DNA of 64,000 bases from Candidatus Sumerlaeaceae bacterium (GCA_051003195.1 JBPCLP010000020.1:32001-96000); one strand, 5' to 3'; shown: positions 10,049 through 20,734, counted from the first letter of the stretch. The notes: a model not told the origin generated them from the sequence alone. Numbers and translations are program-made.

Positions 10049-13000
10049 CTATTTTCGCAGATGTACTTTGTACGTAGCGATTTCGTAATGGTTGATCGGC
10101 ACGTGGAGTGTTCGCCCATCGGCGCGCGCGGGTTTCTGTGTTTTCGTAACCGGTGTATTGACGCGTTCCACGATGTCGCAGCTTTCGACGGAAGCAATTT
10201 CCCATGGCAGCTCCAGCTGCGTGTCGGCAACATCGGTTCCCTCCGCTTCGTACAGACGAACGATGATTGAATCGTCGTCCTCGGCTTTCTTCAGTGACGA
10301 GAGTATCACGTTGGACGGCTGAAGCTTGATGAGCGACTTGTCTCCCGTCGCCGCCGCCCCCTGCATGGGAATTACGGAATGGTTGTACTCGTATCCGCGC
10401 CGCACGACGTCCGCCTGCTTCCATGTGCCGGCGTGCGGGAAGATCGCATACGAAAAGCGATGGCGGCCTTCTTCCGTCAGCGGTTTGCCTTCATCCGCTT
10501 TCGTGTTCGGAGAATCGGGACCGCGCAGCAGCGACAGCCGCAGCACGTTGTCTTTTGCATCAAACCCATACTTGTTCATTGTAAGCAGCGCGAGGCCAAC
10601 CTTTCCGCTGGCGTCGTCGTAATTTCCCCACTGGATTCCTGAGTGCTCGTACTTTCCAAGCTCCTCTGGCGCGGTACGGACCGCCGGGCGATCAATCGCG
10701 CCGAACGGCACCTCGTAGTTTGCCCATTTGTTCTGGATCGACAGTGGGAACGCGACTTTCACCATCCGGTGTCGCTCGTGCCAGTTGATGTCGTTGAGAA
10801 CTTCAAGGTAGGGCTGATCCACGTACAGGCGGTACGTCTGCTGGAACTTCGACGTGCCGTAGTTTTTTGTCACCGTGATCTGCGCAAACAAGGCACCCGA
10901 CGTGCACTCGCTCACCACTGCGGTAGTTGTCATTTCGTCCAGCTTGCCGGTCAGGCCAATTTCCCATGCATCGTACTCCGTGGGATAATCGCCGTGTACC
11001 TGCAGGATATTGGCCTGCGGACCTGCAGACGTCGGGAACACCAGCGACGGATCAAATGCTTCCGGTTGCGTGGTCGGCATTTTAATGACGCGCGATTCGG
11101 TCGTATATTGCCCAATCATCTCCGTGCCGGTTATTTTTTCAACGAGGCTGGAAAGGTTGCCGGTCTTGCGGTCGATGCGCGCGCGAACAAACGCGTTTTC
11201 CAGCACGTCGTTGTTCGACGTCGTGGCCGCGACCTCTTCCCCTTTTACAAACGTGATGGTCTTGTAGCCGCCGGCCGGAACGTTGACTGACACCGCCAGT
11301 TTGTTCTCCTGTTCGGGCAGACGCTGTTGCAGTAGCGCTTCGCCGTTTCCATCCGTCGCGATGGGCGCGCCTGCGGGCGCTGAAACCACGCACACCGCCG
11401 TACGATCCCATGGCAGAAGGTTGAAAAGGACCCGCGACTCCGCCCCACCGTTTGGCGATGCATTGTGGCCAGCAACGTGCGACAGGGCCGACACAATCGT
11501 ACGCCCGACGCTGGTGTGCAAGTCCATGTATAGCCGGCGGGCGTCGCGATACACCTGGTGGATGCTGCTGCCCGGCAGGATGTCGTGCATATGCAGCAGG
11601 CACACGTCCCGCCATGCCTGCGTGAATAGCGCTGCAGGATACGTCGTCTCCTCGGGCAGGTATGCGGCCATGGTGGCTAAAGGAATTTCCTGCGAAGGCT
11701 CCATAGGAAAGTGAGCCGGTGGGCCTCCGACCGCGCGAAGGGCGTCCTCCTGATTTCCGGCGGCGGGTTTACCAGCCGGCGCCTCTGAAGCCTTGGGCCC
11801 GAGCCACGCCAGCGCCGCCGCCAGTTCGGCATTGTACAGCATTCTCTCGCTGCGGCGATTACCGTCCTTGGCGTCTTCGTGCGTTGTATACGTGCCGCGG
11901 TGTCTTTCCAGGTAGAGTTCGTCCTTCCAGACTGGTAACGTGTGCCCTGCATCCCGCGGCTGCTTCGCCGTAGCCATTGCGTCGCTTGAAGGAATGACGT
12001 TGTTCTTCTGCAGCGAGGCGAAGTATTCCGCGGCTGTTCCCATCTGCACCTCCGGCAGAATTGGCGAGCTGCCAATCTGGTGTCCACGATTGATCATTGC
12101 GCGCGTCGGTCCGCCACCATGGTCCCCTACACCGTAAATCACCATCATGTCCTGGATGCCCGTTGTCATATTTTCGAACGTCGCCATCTGGCCGGCAGTG
12201 GCATTGATGTCGACGTTCTCCCCATAGCTTCCGACGGGGAAATACGCCAGTAGCCGCGAATCGTCCGGCGCCTGCCACCAGAACAATTTATACGGAAACT
12301 TCCACGTGTCGTTCCAGGAGATCTTCTGCGTGACGAACGCGTCGAAGCCGCCCTTCTTCAGGATCTGCGCGAGCTGCCAGTTGTAGCCGAAGCTGTCCGG
12401 GTTCATCGCAACGCGCGAATCATAGCCGAATTTGTCGAGGAAGTATCGCTTGCCGTAGAGCACCTGCCGCACAAACGACTCGCCGTTCGGGAGGTTGCAG
12501 TCGGGCTCGCTCCACATGCCTCCCAGCAGCTCCCACTGGCCACTCTTCACGCGCTTCGTGATTTCAGCAAACATCGCCGGATCCGTTTTTTCGACCCAGT
12601 CGTACTGCTGCGCCTGAGTCATCGAAAAATGGAAGTCGGGGAATTCCTCCATGAAACGCAGCGCCTGTTTAAACGTCAGCGGAATGACGGAGTCGATCGT
12701 CTCAGAGAGCGGCCACAGCCACGCGAGGTCTATGTGCGAATAACCGACCAGGAACATGTGCCGCTTCTTCGCAAAGCCGGACAGCGGCTGCAGGCGTTTG
12801 CGTAGATCCGTAACCGCCGCCTGCAACGCCTTTGTGTTATGAGTATTCAGTGCCACTACATCGAGCGATTGCGCGATGGCGTTCATCGTACGCTCGGCAT
12901 GCGCGGCGCCGTCGGGCAGTTGCTCCGCCATCGTTGCGAACGCACGTGCCTCCGTCACAAGCTTTTCATACTCGCGTATTTCGGGCACTTCGAGTGTAAC

Positions 13001-14161
13001 ATCGGCGTGCATCAACTTGCCGGATCCCGTTTCGTTGCGGCCGTGAATCTCGATGCTCAGTGGATGCGTGGGAGTCGTATACTCGCTCAACGTAATGTGA
13101 CCTTCGTCACCGTAGAATTCCTGCCACGGCCCGCCATCGATTCGGATGCTGCCCTTGTCGTCGATGCCGGCGTATGCGATCGCCTGCACTTTGCTGAGAT
13201 CGCGCCCGGGAAAAAGCTCCGCCAGATCAATCGTCGTGGTGAAAGTCGTTTCGGTCTTTTCGCCATTCCACATGTATCCCACCTGCGCCGTGGTTGTGTT
13301 GGCAGCTTCTGCGCCGGGTCCCAGTTGCACCGCCATGTTCTTCAACTGCACGCGTTTGCCCTGGCCCATCTCGTTCAGCACTTTCACCAGTGCTTCAAAA
13401 TCGTCTTTGGGAATCGTGCTTCGGCCCTTGTCACACCAGTCGGGTACGCTAACGCGGAACACCGGCTTTTTGGCTTTTGCCGGAGCATCGCCTTTCGCGA
13501 GCGCGATGCTGAACTGGCCGCTCGATTCCCCACCGGTCGAAGTTGCGAGGATGTGAACAGACTCATATGCAGCCGACGCCAGCGTGATCACCTGACCCGC
13601 GCACGTGATCGTGTTCTTTTCACCAGGGGCGACGGGCGGCATCTGGAATACCGTTCCGCTGAGCGCCTTCAGTCCACCGGCGTCTGCACCGGCCTTCGAC
13701 AGCACGTCTGCCGCGTACGCGCAACCGCCGCCATCCATGTCGCCGCCATCCTGCTCATTGGGTTGCGCGATGCCGTCGGTGTCGAAATGAGATTTGAGGT
13801 CCACGTGGACAGGTGTTCCCTTCCCGGCAGGAATAAGCGTAACCCCCAGCAACTTCAACTTTTTGGTATTGGGCAGCTTGATCCCCGTCAGCGCCATGCC
13901 GGATGCGGGCAGGATCAGCTCGTGCAGGTTGCACTGGATATTCTCGGTTGCGCCGCCCCGAACGTAGCGGTGGTTGGCCTTCATGGCAAGCTTGCACTCC
14001 GCCTTCTGTTCGCCATCGTTCACCGCCCGCAGCTTTTCCAGTTTGCGGTGCAGCAGATCGTTATCGGGAAGTGTCGGCGGAGGATCCTTTTTCGCGAGGC
14101 AGGCAGCGCCAGCAGAGATGAAAATGGCAAACAGTACCAACCGAAGACAGCGGTGACGCAT
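10049..14161 (-). CDS. Exported multidomain GH38 alpha-mannosidase
   Basis: SHIDLAWLW, GGMWSEPDCN, GESFVRQ, PDSFGY, GVGDHGGGP, ELYLERHRGTYT, HDILPGSSI, LRLSLLR; signal peptide from ATG 14161. Confidence 0.92.
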   Translation of the reverse strand: MRHRCLRLVLFAIFISAGAACLAKKDPPPTLPDNDLLHRKLEKLRAVNDGEQKAECKLAMKANHRYVRGGATENIQCNLHELILPASGMALTGIKLPNTKKLKLLGVTLIPAGKGTPVHVDLKSHFDTDGIAQPNEQDGGDMDGGGCAYAADVLSKAGADAGGLKALSGTVFQMPPVAPGEKNTITCAGQVITLASAAYESVHILATSTGGESSGQFSIALAKGDAPAKAKKPVFRVSVPDWCDKGRSTIPKDDFEALVKVLNEMGQGKRVQLKNMAVQLGPGAEAANTTTAQVGYMWNGEKTETTFTTTIDLAELFPGRDLSKVQAIAYAGIDDKGSIRIDGGPWQEFYGDEGHITLSEYTTPTHPLSIEIHGRNETGSGKLMHADVTLEVPEIREYEKLVTEARAFATMAEQLPDGAAHAERTMNAIAQSLDVVALNTHNTKALQAAVTDLRKRLQPLSGFAKKRHMFLVGYSHIDLAWLWPLSETIDSVIPLTFKQALRFMEEFPDFHFSMTQAQQYDWVEKTDPAMFAEITKRVKSGQWELLGGMWSEPDCNLPNGESFVRQVLYGKRYFLDKFGYDSRVAMNPDSFGYNWQLAQILKKGGFDAFVTQKISWNDTWKFPYKLFWWQAPDDSRLLAYFPVGSYGENVDINATAGQMATFENMTTGIQDMMVIYGVGDHGGGPTRAMINRGHQIGSSPILPEVQMGTAAEYFASLQKNNVIPSSDAMATAKQPRDAGHTLPVWKDELYLERHRGTYTTHEDAKDGNRRSERMLYNAELAAALAWLGPKASEAPAGKPAAGNQEDALRAVGGPPAHFPMEPSQEIPLATMAAYLPEETTYPAALFTQAWRDVCLLHMHDILPGSSIHQVYRDARRLYMDLHTSVGRTIVSALSHVAGHNASPNGGAESRVLFNLLPWDRTAVCVVSAPAGAPIATDGNGEALLQQRLPEQENKLAVSVNVPAGGYKTITFVKGEEVAATTSNNDVLENAFVRARIDRKTGNLSSLVEKITGTEMIGQYTTESRVIKMPTTQPEAFDPSLVFPTSAGPQANILQVHGDYPTEYDAWEIGLTGKLDEMTTTAVVSECTSGALFAQITVTKNYGTSKFQQTYRLYVDQPYLEVLNDINWHERHRMVKVAFPLSIQNKWANYEVPFGAIDRPAVRTAPEELGKYEHSGIQWGNYDDASGKVGLALLTMNKYGFDAKDNVLRLSLLRGPDSPNTKADEGKPLTEEGRHRFSYAIFPHAGTWKQADVVRRGYEYNHSVIPMQGAAATGDKSLIKLQPSNVILSSLKKAEDDDSIIVRLYEAEGTDVADTQLELPWEIASVESCDIVERVNTPVTKTQKPARADGRTLHVPINHYEIATYKVHLRK

Positions 14162-14348
14162 GCGGAGTGCTCCCGTAACGCGGAATGAACCACAGAAACC
14201 AGACGTGCGGGTGGTTGTCTGGCCGCCAAATGGCCCTGACAACTGGAATGCGCAGGGAAAAGGCCACGGTCCGCGAGGTGCCTTTCTAAGTTGCGAAGCG
14301 CCTCGCACCGGGTGTTAACCCGGGGCAATTCACAAAAAGGAGAGGTTC

Positions 14349-15800
14349 TTGCCCGAAGGTATTTCGCGACGCGCTTTTCTGAAGAAAACCGCAGTTCTCA
14401 CCGCGTCCATCGCGGCGCTGCCGCACGCCAGGGTGCTCGGTGCGAACGACGATATTCGAGTGGCCGTCGTGGGCTATCGTTCCAAGGGCATGCAGCACAT
14501 CGGGGTGTTCAAGCATTTGCCCGGGGTGCGTGTGGTTGCGCTGTGCGATGTCGACAGCGCCATAACAGCACAGGCGCTGCAAAAGCACTTTGCCGACGGC
14601 ACTCCCCAACCGAAAACCTACACGGACGTACGGAAGCTGCTCGAGGACAAGGAGATCGACGCGGTATGTATCGCCACGCCCAACCACTGGCACGCACCGA
14701 TCACCGTGTGGGCCTGCCAGGCGGGCAAGGATGTTTATGTCGAGAAGCCATGCTCGCATACTGTGTGGGAAGGCGCGCAGATGGTGAAGGCCGCGCACAA
14801 GTACAAGCGCATTGTACAGATTGGAATGCAGAACCGCTCCGATCCCGGCCTCAAAGCCGCGTTCGAATTCCTCAACGCGGGCAAGCTGGGCACTATCCAG
14901 CACGTGCGCGGAATTTACTATAACCTTCGCCAGCCAATTGGGAAAGTCAGCGGGCCGCAGCAGCCGCCGCCCGAAGTCGACTACAACCTGTGGCTTGGCC
15001 CTGCGCCCGAGGCACCGCTGATGCGCGAGAAGCTGCACTACGACTGGCACTGGCAGTGGCCATACGGTAACGGCGAGCTTGGCAACAATGGCGTACACAT
15101 GCTGGACCTTGCGACGTGGCTCCTTGGAATCCAGGAATTCCCGTCGCGTGTGCTAAGTGTCGGCGGACGTTTTCTCTTCGACGACGATGGGCAAACGCCG
15201 AACACCCATCTCACATGGTACGATTACAAACCCGTCCCGGTGCTGTGCGAGATCCGAAACCTGCCGCGCTTCAAGGGCGACAAGACCAGCGACCACGTGC
15301 TCGGGCATCGTTTCGCCGTGGAGGTGAAGTGCAAAGACGGCTCCTACGTGGGATATGGTCCCGGCGGGTGGGTTTATGATAACGACGGCATGAAGGTGCA
15401 ACAGTTTGTCGGCGATGGCGGGGCGTCCCACGCGCAGAACTTCATCGACGCTGTACGCGCCCGCAAGCACGAGATGCTGGCAGCGAAGGTCGAGGCCGGG
15501 CACCTCGCGGCGGGACTATGCCATATCGGTAACATTTCGCACCGACTCGGCGAAAAAGCAGACGGTGCAAAGATTCACAAAGCCATCGAGGGAAACGTGA
15601 TGATGACCGACGCGATGGAACGATTCCATGAGCACCTGCTAGTGAACGCAGTCGATGTGACGCAAACGCCGCGCATACTCGGTGCAATGCTGGACTTCGA
15701 CAACAGCAGCCAGCGCTTCACCGGCGAACGGTCCGAGGAAGCCAACACACTGCTCACCAAGCCATACCGGGCAGGATTCGAAATCCACGAGCAGGTGTGA
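14349..15800 (+). CDS. Tat-exported Gfo/Idh/MocA family oxidoreductase
   Basis: SRRAFLK Tat motif; ATPNHWH, GKDVYVEKP, WLGPAP; AAAGGAGAGG RBS before the TTG start. Confidence 0.92.
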   Translation: MPEGISRRAFLKKTAVLTASIAALPHARVLGANDDIRVAVVGYRSKGMQHIGVFKHLPGVRVVALCDVDSAITAQALQKHFADGTPQPKTYTDVRKLLEDKEIDAVCIATPNHWHAPITVWACQAGKDVYVEKPCSHTVWEGAQMVKAAHKYKRIVQIGMQNRSDPGLKAAFEFLNAGKLGTIQHVRGIYYNLRQPIGKVSGPQQPPPEVDYNLWLGPAPEAPLMREKLHYDWHWQWPYGNGELGNNGVHMLDLATWLLGIQEFPSRVLSVGGRFLFDDDGQTPNTHLTWYDYKPVPVLCEIRNLPRFKGDKTSDHVLGHRFAVEVKCKDGSYVGYGPGGWVYDNDGMKVQQFVGDGGASHAQNFIDAVRARKHEMLAAKVEAGHLAAGLCHIGNISHRLGEKADGAKIHKAIEGNVMMTDAMERFHEHLLVNAVDVTQTPRILGAMLDFDNSSQRFTGERSEEANTLLTKPYRAGFEIHEQV

Positions 15801-15913
15801 CGGTTCGCGAAGTACACGCGACGCGACGCCACTTCCAACGCTTTAACCACAAACGGAAGGTTAACCGGCCGTCGCTGCGTCATCTCCTCGCGCTGCCGTC
15901 TCAGCTCTGCCCT

Positions 15914-17071
15914 CTACTTCACCGGAACGAACAGCACGCACACCGGTTTGCTGATACCGGTAATTTCACCCGTTCGACTCAGGGTACCATTTTCATTAAT
16001 ATGGTACAGTACGACATTATCGGAATCCTGGTTTGCAGCGAGAAGCCACTGGCCGCTGGGATCGATGTTGAAGTTGCGCGGGATTTTTCCGCCTGTCGGT
16101 TCGTGCCCGATCGGAGTCAGCATTCCCGAAGCTTCGTCGATCTTGAAGATGGCGATACTGTCGTGCCCGCGATTAGAGCCATACAGGAATTTGCCGGACG
16201 GATGCATACGCACCTCCGCCGCAAAAGTCTTGTCGGTGTAACCCGCGGGTAGTGTCGAGGTCGTCTGCACCTCGCGCAGAGCGCCCGCGTCGGGATCGCA
16301 GGAGAACACCGTCATGGTGTTGCCCATCTCTGTAATGACATAAACGAAGCGGCCGCCCGGGTGGAAGGCGAGGTGGCGGGGCCCGGCGCCCGGCTGTACC
16401 GTTGCATGCGCGGGGTCATTGGCGTGCACCGAGTCCGTGGCGGGGTCGAGTCGGTAGATTTTTACCTGGTCGATGCCGAGGTCGGCCGCGAACAGGAACC
16501 GGCCCGCCGGGTCAAAGTTCACCGAGTGCGCGTGCGGGCCTTCCTGTCGTTTCGGGTTCACGCTGGAGCCGGTGTGCTGAATCACCATCGTGGGTGACGT
16601 AAGACTGCCGTCGGGCTTGACCGGCAGCAGGGCAATGCTGCCGCTACTGTAGTTTGCCGTGGCGACATAACGGCCATCGGGCGTAACGCATACATGACAT
16701 GGCCCGCGGCCGCCCGACGGCTGCTGGTTGAGCAGCGTGAGATTGCCGGTTGTCAGGTCCATGGAAAAACTGCTGACGCCTCCGGACTTCTTTCCTTCGA
16801 AGTCGCTGATTTCGCTGACGGCGTACAGAAAGCGCCGGTCGGAACTGGCAGCGAGAAACGTCGGGTTCCTTACCGTCGCAGCAAGCTCCACAGGCGTCGT
16901 GCTGCCGGTTGCAACGTCGAGGCCGAAACGGTAGATTCCCAGGCTGGAGCTGCTCGTGTTTGTGCCGATGTATACCATCATATGCCGGGACGACGGCGCC
17001 GTCGAAGTTAGCGCGGCGGGTGCTGACGCAGTGAGCTGAAAGAACATCATCATGAGTAGTGCTCCTTGCAT
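15914..17071 (-). CDS. Lactonase family beta-propeller (6-phosphogluconolactonase Pgl/YbhE-like)
   Basis: NPTFLA, GPCHV, ANYSSG, RQEGPHAH, DLGIDQ, GAGPRH, SNRGHDSI, PRNF. Start uncertain. Confidence 0.9.
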   Translation of the reverse strand: MQGALLMMMFFQLTASAPAALTSTAPSSRHMMVYIGTNTSSSSLGIYRFGLDVATGSTTPVELAATVRNPTFLAASSDRRFLYAVSEISDFEGKKSGGVSSFSMDLTTGNLTLLNQQPSGGRGPCHVCVTPDGRYVATANYSSGSIALLPVKPDGSLTSPTMVIQHTGSSVNPKRQEGPHAHSVNFDPAGRFLFAADLGIDQVKIYRLDPATDSVHANDPAHATVQPGAGPRHLAFHPGGRFVYVITEMGNTMTVFSCDPDAGALREVQTTSTLPAGYTDKTFAAEVRMHPSGKFLYGSNRGHDSIAIFKIDEASGMLTPIGHEPTGGKIPRNFNIDPSGQWLLAANQDSDNVVLYHINENGTLSRTGEITGISKPVCVLFVPVK

Positions 17072-17351
17072 CCTTAAGCCGCTGCGGTATCCGGCAGCTG
17101 CGAGGCGCTGGGTGACATTTATAATCATGGAGACTATTCCCACCGCCATTGCGAAGCGCCTGCAACAATGAACCGTGTGAATGCGACACACAGGATGAAG
17201 CCTGGAGCCGTTGAGTGCGACTCATTATTTTCTTATCGGCTGATGCAGCATCGTGTAATATACTGTCTGGCGAACCGCGATGTGGTCCGGTGCAATGTAG
17301 TAGGACATCTGGAATCGCGCGCCAGGCATGCTAACAATGGAGAGATTCACC

Positions 17352-18293
17352 ATGGCTTATCCGGGTTCTGTTCAGCGGCTCGCATCTCAATGTTTTGGCC
17401 GCTGCGCCGTCTGGTTGTTTTGCATCATTTCTGTAGCTGCGCCGGCCCAGGATATCGTTCCCCTTAGCGACGACTTCGGGGACCCGTCAACTCTCGGAAA
17501 CTGGCAGCACGTGTACCAGGTCGAACAATGGAACGCGAACCAGCTGCAGGTTTACGACATCAATACATCGCGGCCCGGCTGGATGACCATGGTACCGTAT
17601 ACCAGCACCTGGTACAACAATTACCGGGGCATCATGGCGTTCAAATCCATCACCGGTGACTTCGTCGCGACGACGCATCTGCAGGTGGGAAAACGCGATG
17701 GCTCGGGCCAGCCACCGCAAAGCTCCTATTCGCTGGCCGGCATCCTCGTGCGGCAGCCGCGCAACATCACGCCGGCTACATGGACGGCCGGTGGAGAGAA
17801 TTATATCTTTCTTGCCATGGGAGCAGCGAATACGCCCGGCCAGTTCCAGTTCGAAGTGAAAAGCACGTTGAACAGCGTGTCGGGGCTGGGTGTGACGAAC
17901 ACCAATACGAGCGAATCGTACATCCAGGTGTGCCGGGTCGCCCAGCACTTCATCACATTGCGCCGCACCGCCAGCACAACGTGGACCGTCCACCAGCGCT
18001 TCAATCGGTCGGATCTGCCGAGCGCCCTACAAGTGGGCCTGTGCTGCTACACCGATTTTAATACGTGTTCAAACTTCACGCCGTTCGTACACAACTCCAG
18101 CGTGATAACCACCGGTACGCCCGATCTGCGGGCGCAATATGACTACATGAGGTTCCAGCGTCCGAATGTGCCCCCGGCGCTGCAGGGCGCCGATCTATCC
18201 AATCCATCCGCCGTTACCGACGCTCAATTGCTCTCGTTCCTCGGGGATAATGCGATTCCTTCTGCGCGCGTTCGAGAGTGGAAGGAATATTGA
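17352..18293 (+). CDS. Exported lectin-like beta-sandwich protein with C-terminal VREWKEY motif
   Basis: Signal peptide (WLFCIISVAAPA-QD); ITGDFVATT...AGILVR...LQVGL...YDYMRF resembles ConA/DUF1349-like folds. Confidence 0.65.
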   Translation: MAYPGSVQRLASQCFGRCAVWLFCIISVAAPAQDIVPLSDDFGDPSTLGNWQHVYQVEQWNANQLQVYDINTSRPGWMTMVPYTSTWYNNYRGIMAFKSITGDFVATTHLQVGKRDGSGQPPQSSYSLAGILVRQPRNITPATWTAGGENYIFLAMGAANTPGQFQFEVKSTLNSVSGLGVTNTNTSESYIQVCRVAQHFITLRRTASTTWTVHQRFNRSDLPSALQVGLCCYTDFNTCSNFTPFVHNSSVITTGTPDLRAQYDYMRFQRPNVPPALQGADLSNPSAVTDAQLLSFLGDNAIPSARVREWKEY

Positions 18294-18314
18294 CGACCGC
18301 GCGCGGGCGTCTTC

Positions 18315-20687
18315 TCACCGGGTTTCGACAACTACGATGGGGCCCGCAGGGGTCGGCACTTTTCCGTGGACGCTCTGCACCACACCAGGCACAGGTTCTC
18401 TAACGTACTTCGAAAAACCGGGTTCGGTGGGGCGCACACCCAGCAGGTAAGCGCCGTAGTAATACGCCGGAATTCCAGACCAGCCATGGCAAAGGCTGCC
18501 CGCGTTCTGAAACGCAGCGGCGCCGTCGATCGTCTCCCAGAAACTTGTGGCGCCGCGATTCAGCATGTGTCCCCAGTCGCGCGCGATCAGCTCAAAGACG
18601 CGGCGTCCCTGCTTTGCGGGCGCGGTAAGCAGGGCGTCAAACTTGTACATGCAGTGGCTGAGCGTGCAGGGCACGAGGCCATTATCGTCGCTGGCCAGTC
18701 GCTCGCGCAGGGCATCCAGCTTGTCGGCAGGTACAGCCCCCGCAAGAATCGCGAGCGCCTGGGTGAGTTCGGCGTAATGAGGCGGCTCAGGCGCGCCGGT
18801 TCGGGTGCGCAGTGCCTGCGCGGTTTCATCCCAGAAGTGCGGCGCGACAGCTGAACGCAGAGGGGCCGCAGGCGTTATGAATTCGGTGGAGCTCTCACCA
18901 ACCTCGTCCGCCATCCGGGCGGCCGCGTCCAGCGCCAGCAGGTAGAAAAGGTTTAGCGGCGCATCGTACCATTCACCCGTATGCCTGGCGAAGCGTTTGC
19001 CTTTTTCGGAGCCATCGAGGCCCGGCGCCCATTCGTAGAAGTTCCAGGTGCCGGGGCCCTGTGGCGTGACAATGAGCGGCCCGGTACTTTGGCCCACACA
19101 CGCGTTTAGAATTCGCCGCGCGACCGGGAGATGGGTGCGGACAAATTGCCGATCGCCACTGTAGAGAAGATAGTCGTCGAGCGTGAGAATCCAGATCAGG
19201 CTGAAGCAGGGAATGTTTACAGGTACGCTGGCTGGCGCGCACAGTTCCAGGAAGCCGTCGCTGCGCCGGCCCTTTGCGAGCAGTGCGATGGATTCCGCCG
19301 CGAAGTCGTAGTTGCCGAAACAGTAATATCCGGCGCGCGCCTGGTTGCGCATGTCGCCGCCGTAGAGTGCCTGCTCGCGCCAGGGGCAGTCTTCATAGTG
19401 CTCGTGCATGCAGAGGTGCAGCGTGCGGTCACTTACCTGCCAGATCTGGTTGATGAGCGGATCGGACGATTCGAAGGCGCCGCCGCGTTGAACCGGGTAA
19501 TCGGTCGGCCGGATTCCCGCGTAGTGAAGCGTGACGGAATTCGTAGTGCCCGGCGCCGGCGTGATGTGCACCTGGAGGTAGCGCCCCGCTATGCGCAAAA
19601 AAGGATGGAGGAATGTGTGCCGCCCGGACGGACACACGTGACGGTTGGCAAAGTTGCGTCCGCCGAGGTGAGCGCGCACGCGGCCATCTTCGAGGTGCTC
19701 ACCGTAGGCAACATCAACCACCGTGCCCGCCGGTGCATCCAGTTCCAGTTCGACCAGGCCAGCTTCTTCGCGGCCTGTGTCGAGCATGACATAAGGTCCG
19801 GTATTTTTGTCGAATGCCGGGGAGTTGAAGCGCAGACCGCTAGTCTGCGCATCCGATAGTTCATTCAGCGGGAAGGCAAACAATTCTGTCGCGGAGCGGC
19901 TGGTGAGCACGTCGGATTGCACGGCCACGGCGGGGATGGCACCGGGTTTGGTGCGACGGAACACTCCCTGCGAATGCACGCGCATTGGAATGCGCGAACC
20001 GAGTGTCAGTTGCGGAAGTGGCCGGGGTCGCACGGGCCGCGTGTACAGTTCGCCGGGTGCGGGTGCTGTCCATGTGTCGGAAATTTTATAGCCGGATTCC
20101 AGCCAGCCGTCGCTTTTTTCGCCGTGGTGCTCGAACGTAAAACTGAGCTGGGGCGTCACGCGCGGCATGGGCCCGCTGACGTAATCCGGTGCGCGGCGCA
20201 TGCGAGTCCCCGGACCGCTGGCCGCAAGTACCTTGTCGCCCGCGCGCAGGATGTACGCGCCGCCGGCGGTGCCCTTGAGGTACTGCGACGTGCTTTCGCC
20301 CTGGTACCATACGAGTATACAGAGCCGGTTGCCGTGCGCCAGGGTGGAGCTTGAGATTTCGTGCCGGTTGTACGTCTTATCATTGGGATAGTCGCTCCAC
20401 TGCCCCGTGCCGATAAACGTGCCGTTAAGCCATGCGGCGTAATTCGTGTCCGCGCTGATGAGGAGTTCGGCGGACGCACTAACAGGAGCGTCGAATTCGT
20501 GCAGGAACTGGACATACTGGTTCGGTAACCCGGCGGACGCCGAAGGCCACACCCACTGTGCGCCGGTGTTGCTGGTCCAATCGTTCGTCATACGGGTGGG
20601 TCCTGCATTCGCCATGCAGGCAAGCGCAAGCATCAGGATCAACAGCCGCAGTCGCAGCGCAAGTGAACGGACCATCCCGAACGGCAA
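18315..20687 (-). CDS. GH78 alpha-L-rhamnosidase family protein
   Basis: ISADTNY, YEDCPWREQALYGGD, GATSFWE, SLCHGWS; signal peptide. Confidence 0.88.
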   Translation of the reverse strand: MPFGMVRSLALRLRLLILMLALACMANAGPTRMTNDWTSNTGAQWVWPSASAGLPNQYVQFLHEFDAPVSASAELLISADTNYAAWLNGTFIGTGQWSDYPNDKTYNRHEISSSTLAHGNRLCILVWYQGESTSQYLKGTAGGAYILRAGDKVLAASGPGTRMRRAPDYVSGPMPRVTPQLSFTFEHHGEKSDGWLESGYKISDTWTAPAPGELYTRPVRPRPLPQLTLGSRIPMRVHSQGVFRRTKPGAIPAVAVQSDVLTSRSATELFAFPLNELSDAQTSGLRFNSPAFDKNTGPYVMLDTGREEAGLVELELDAPAGTVVDVAYGEHLEDGRVRAHLGGRNFANRHVCPSGRHTFLHPFLRIAGRYLQVHITPAPGTTNSVTLHYAGIRPTDYPVQRGGAFESSDPLINQIWQVSDRTLHLCMHEHYEDCPWREQALYGGDMRNQARAGYYCFGNYDFAAESIALLAKGRRSDGFLELCAPASVPVNIPCFSLIWILTLDDYLLYSGDRQFVRTHLPVARRILNACVGQSTGPLIVTPQGPGTWNFYEWAPGLDGSEKGKRFARHTGEWYDAPLNLFYLLALDAAARMADEVGESSTEFITPAAPLRSAVAPHFWDETAQALRTRTGAPEPPHYAELTQALAILAGAVPADKLDALRERLASDDNGLVPCTLSHCMYKFDALLTAPAKQGRRVFELIARDWGHMLNRGATSFWETIDGAAAFQNAGSLCHGWSGIPAYYYGAYLLGVRPTEPGFSKYVREPVPGVVQSVHGKVPTPAGPIVVVETR

Positions 20688-20718
20688 TTCGACCAGCCGA
20701 CGTCATTAGCAAGTGCAT

Positions 20719-20734
20719 TGGCATGCGGATTGCA
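20719..20734 (+). promoter_or_regulatory. Putative sigma-54 (-24/-12) promoter
   Basis: TGGCATG-CGGA-TTGCA fits TGGCAYR-N4-TTGCW with exact GG-N10-GC spacing; intergenic, about 145 bp upstream of the 20879 CDS. Confidence 0.6.
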
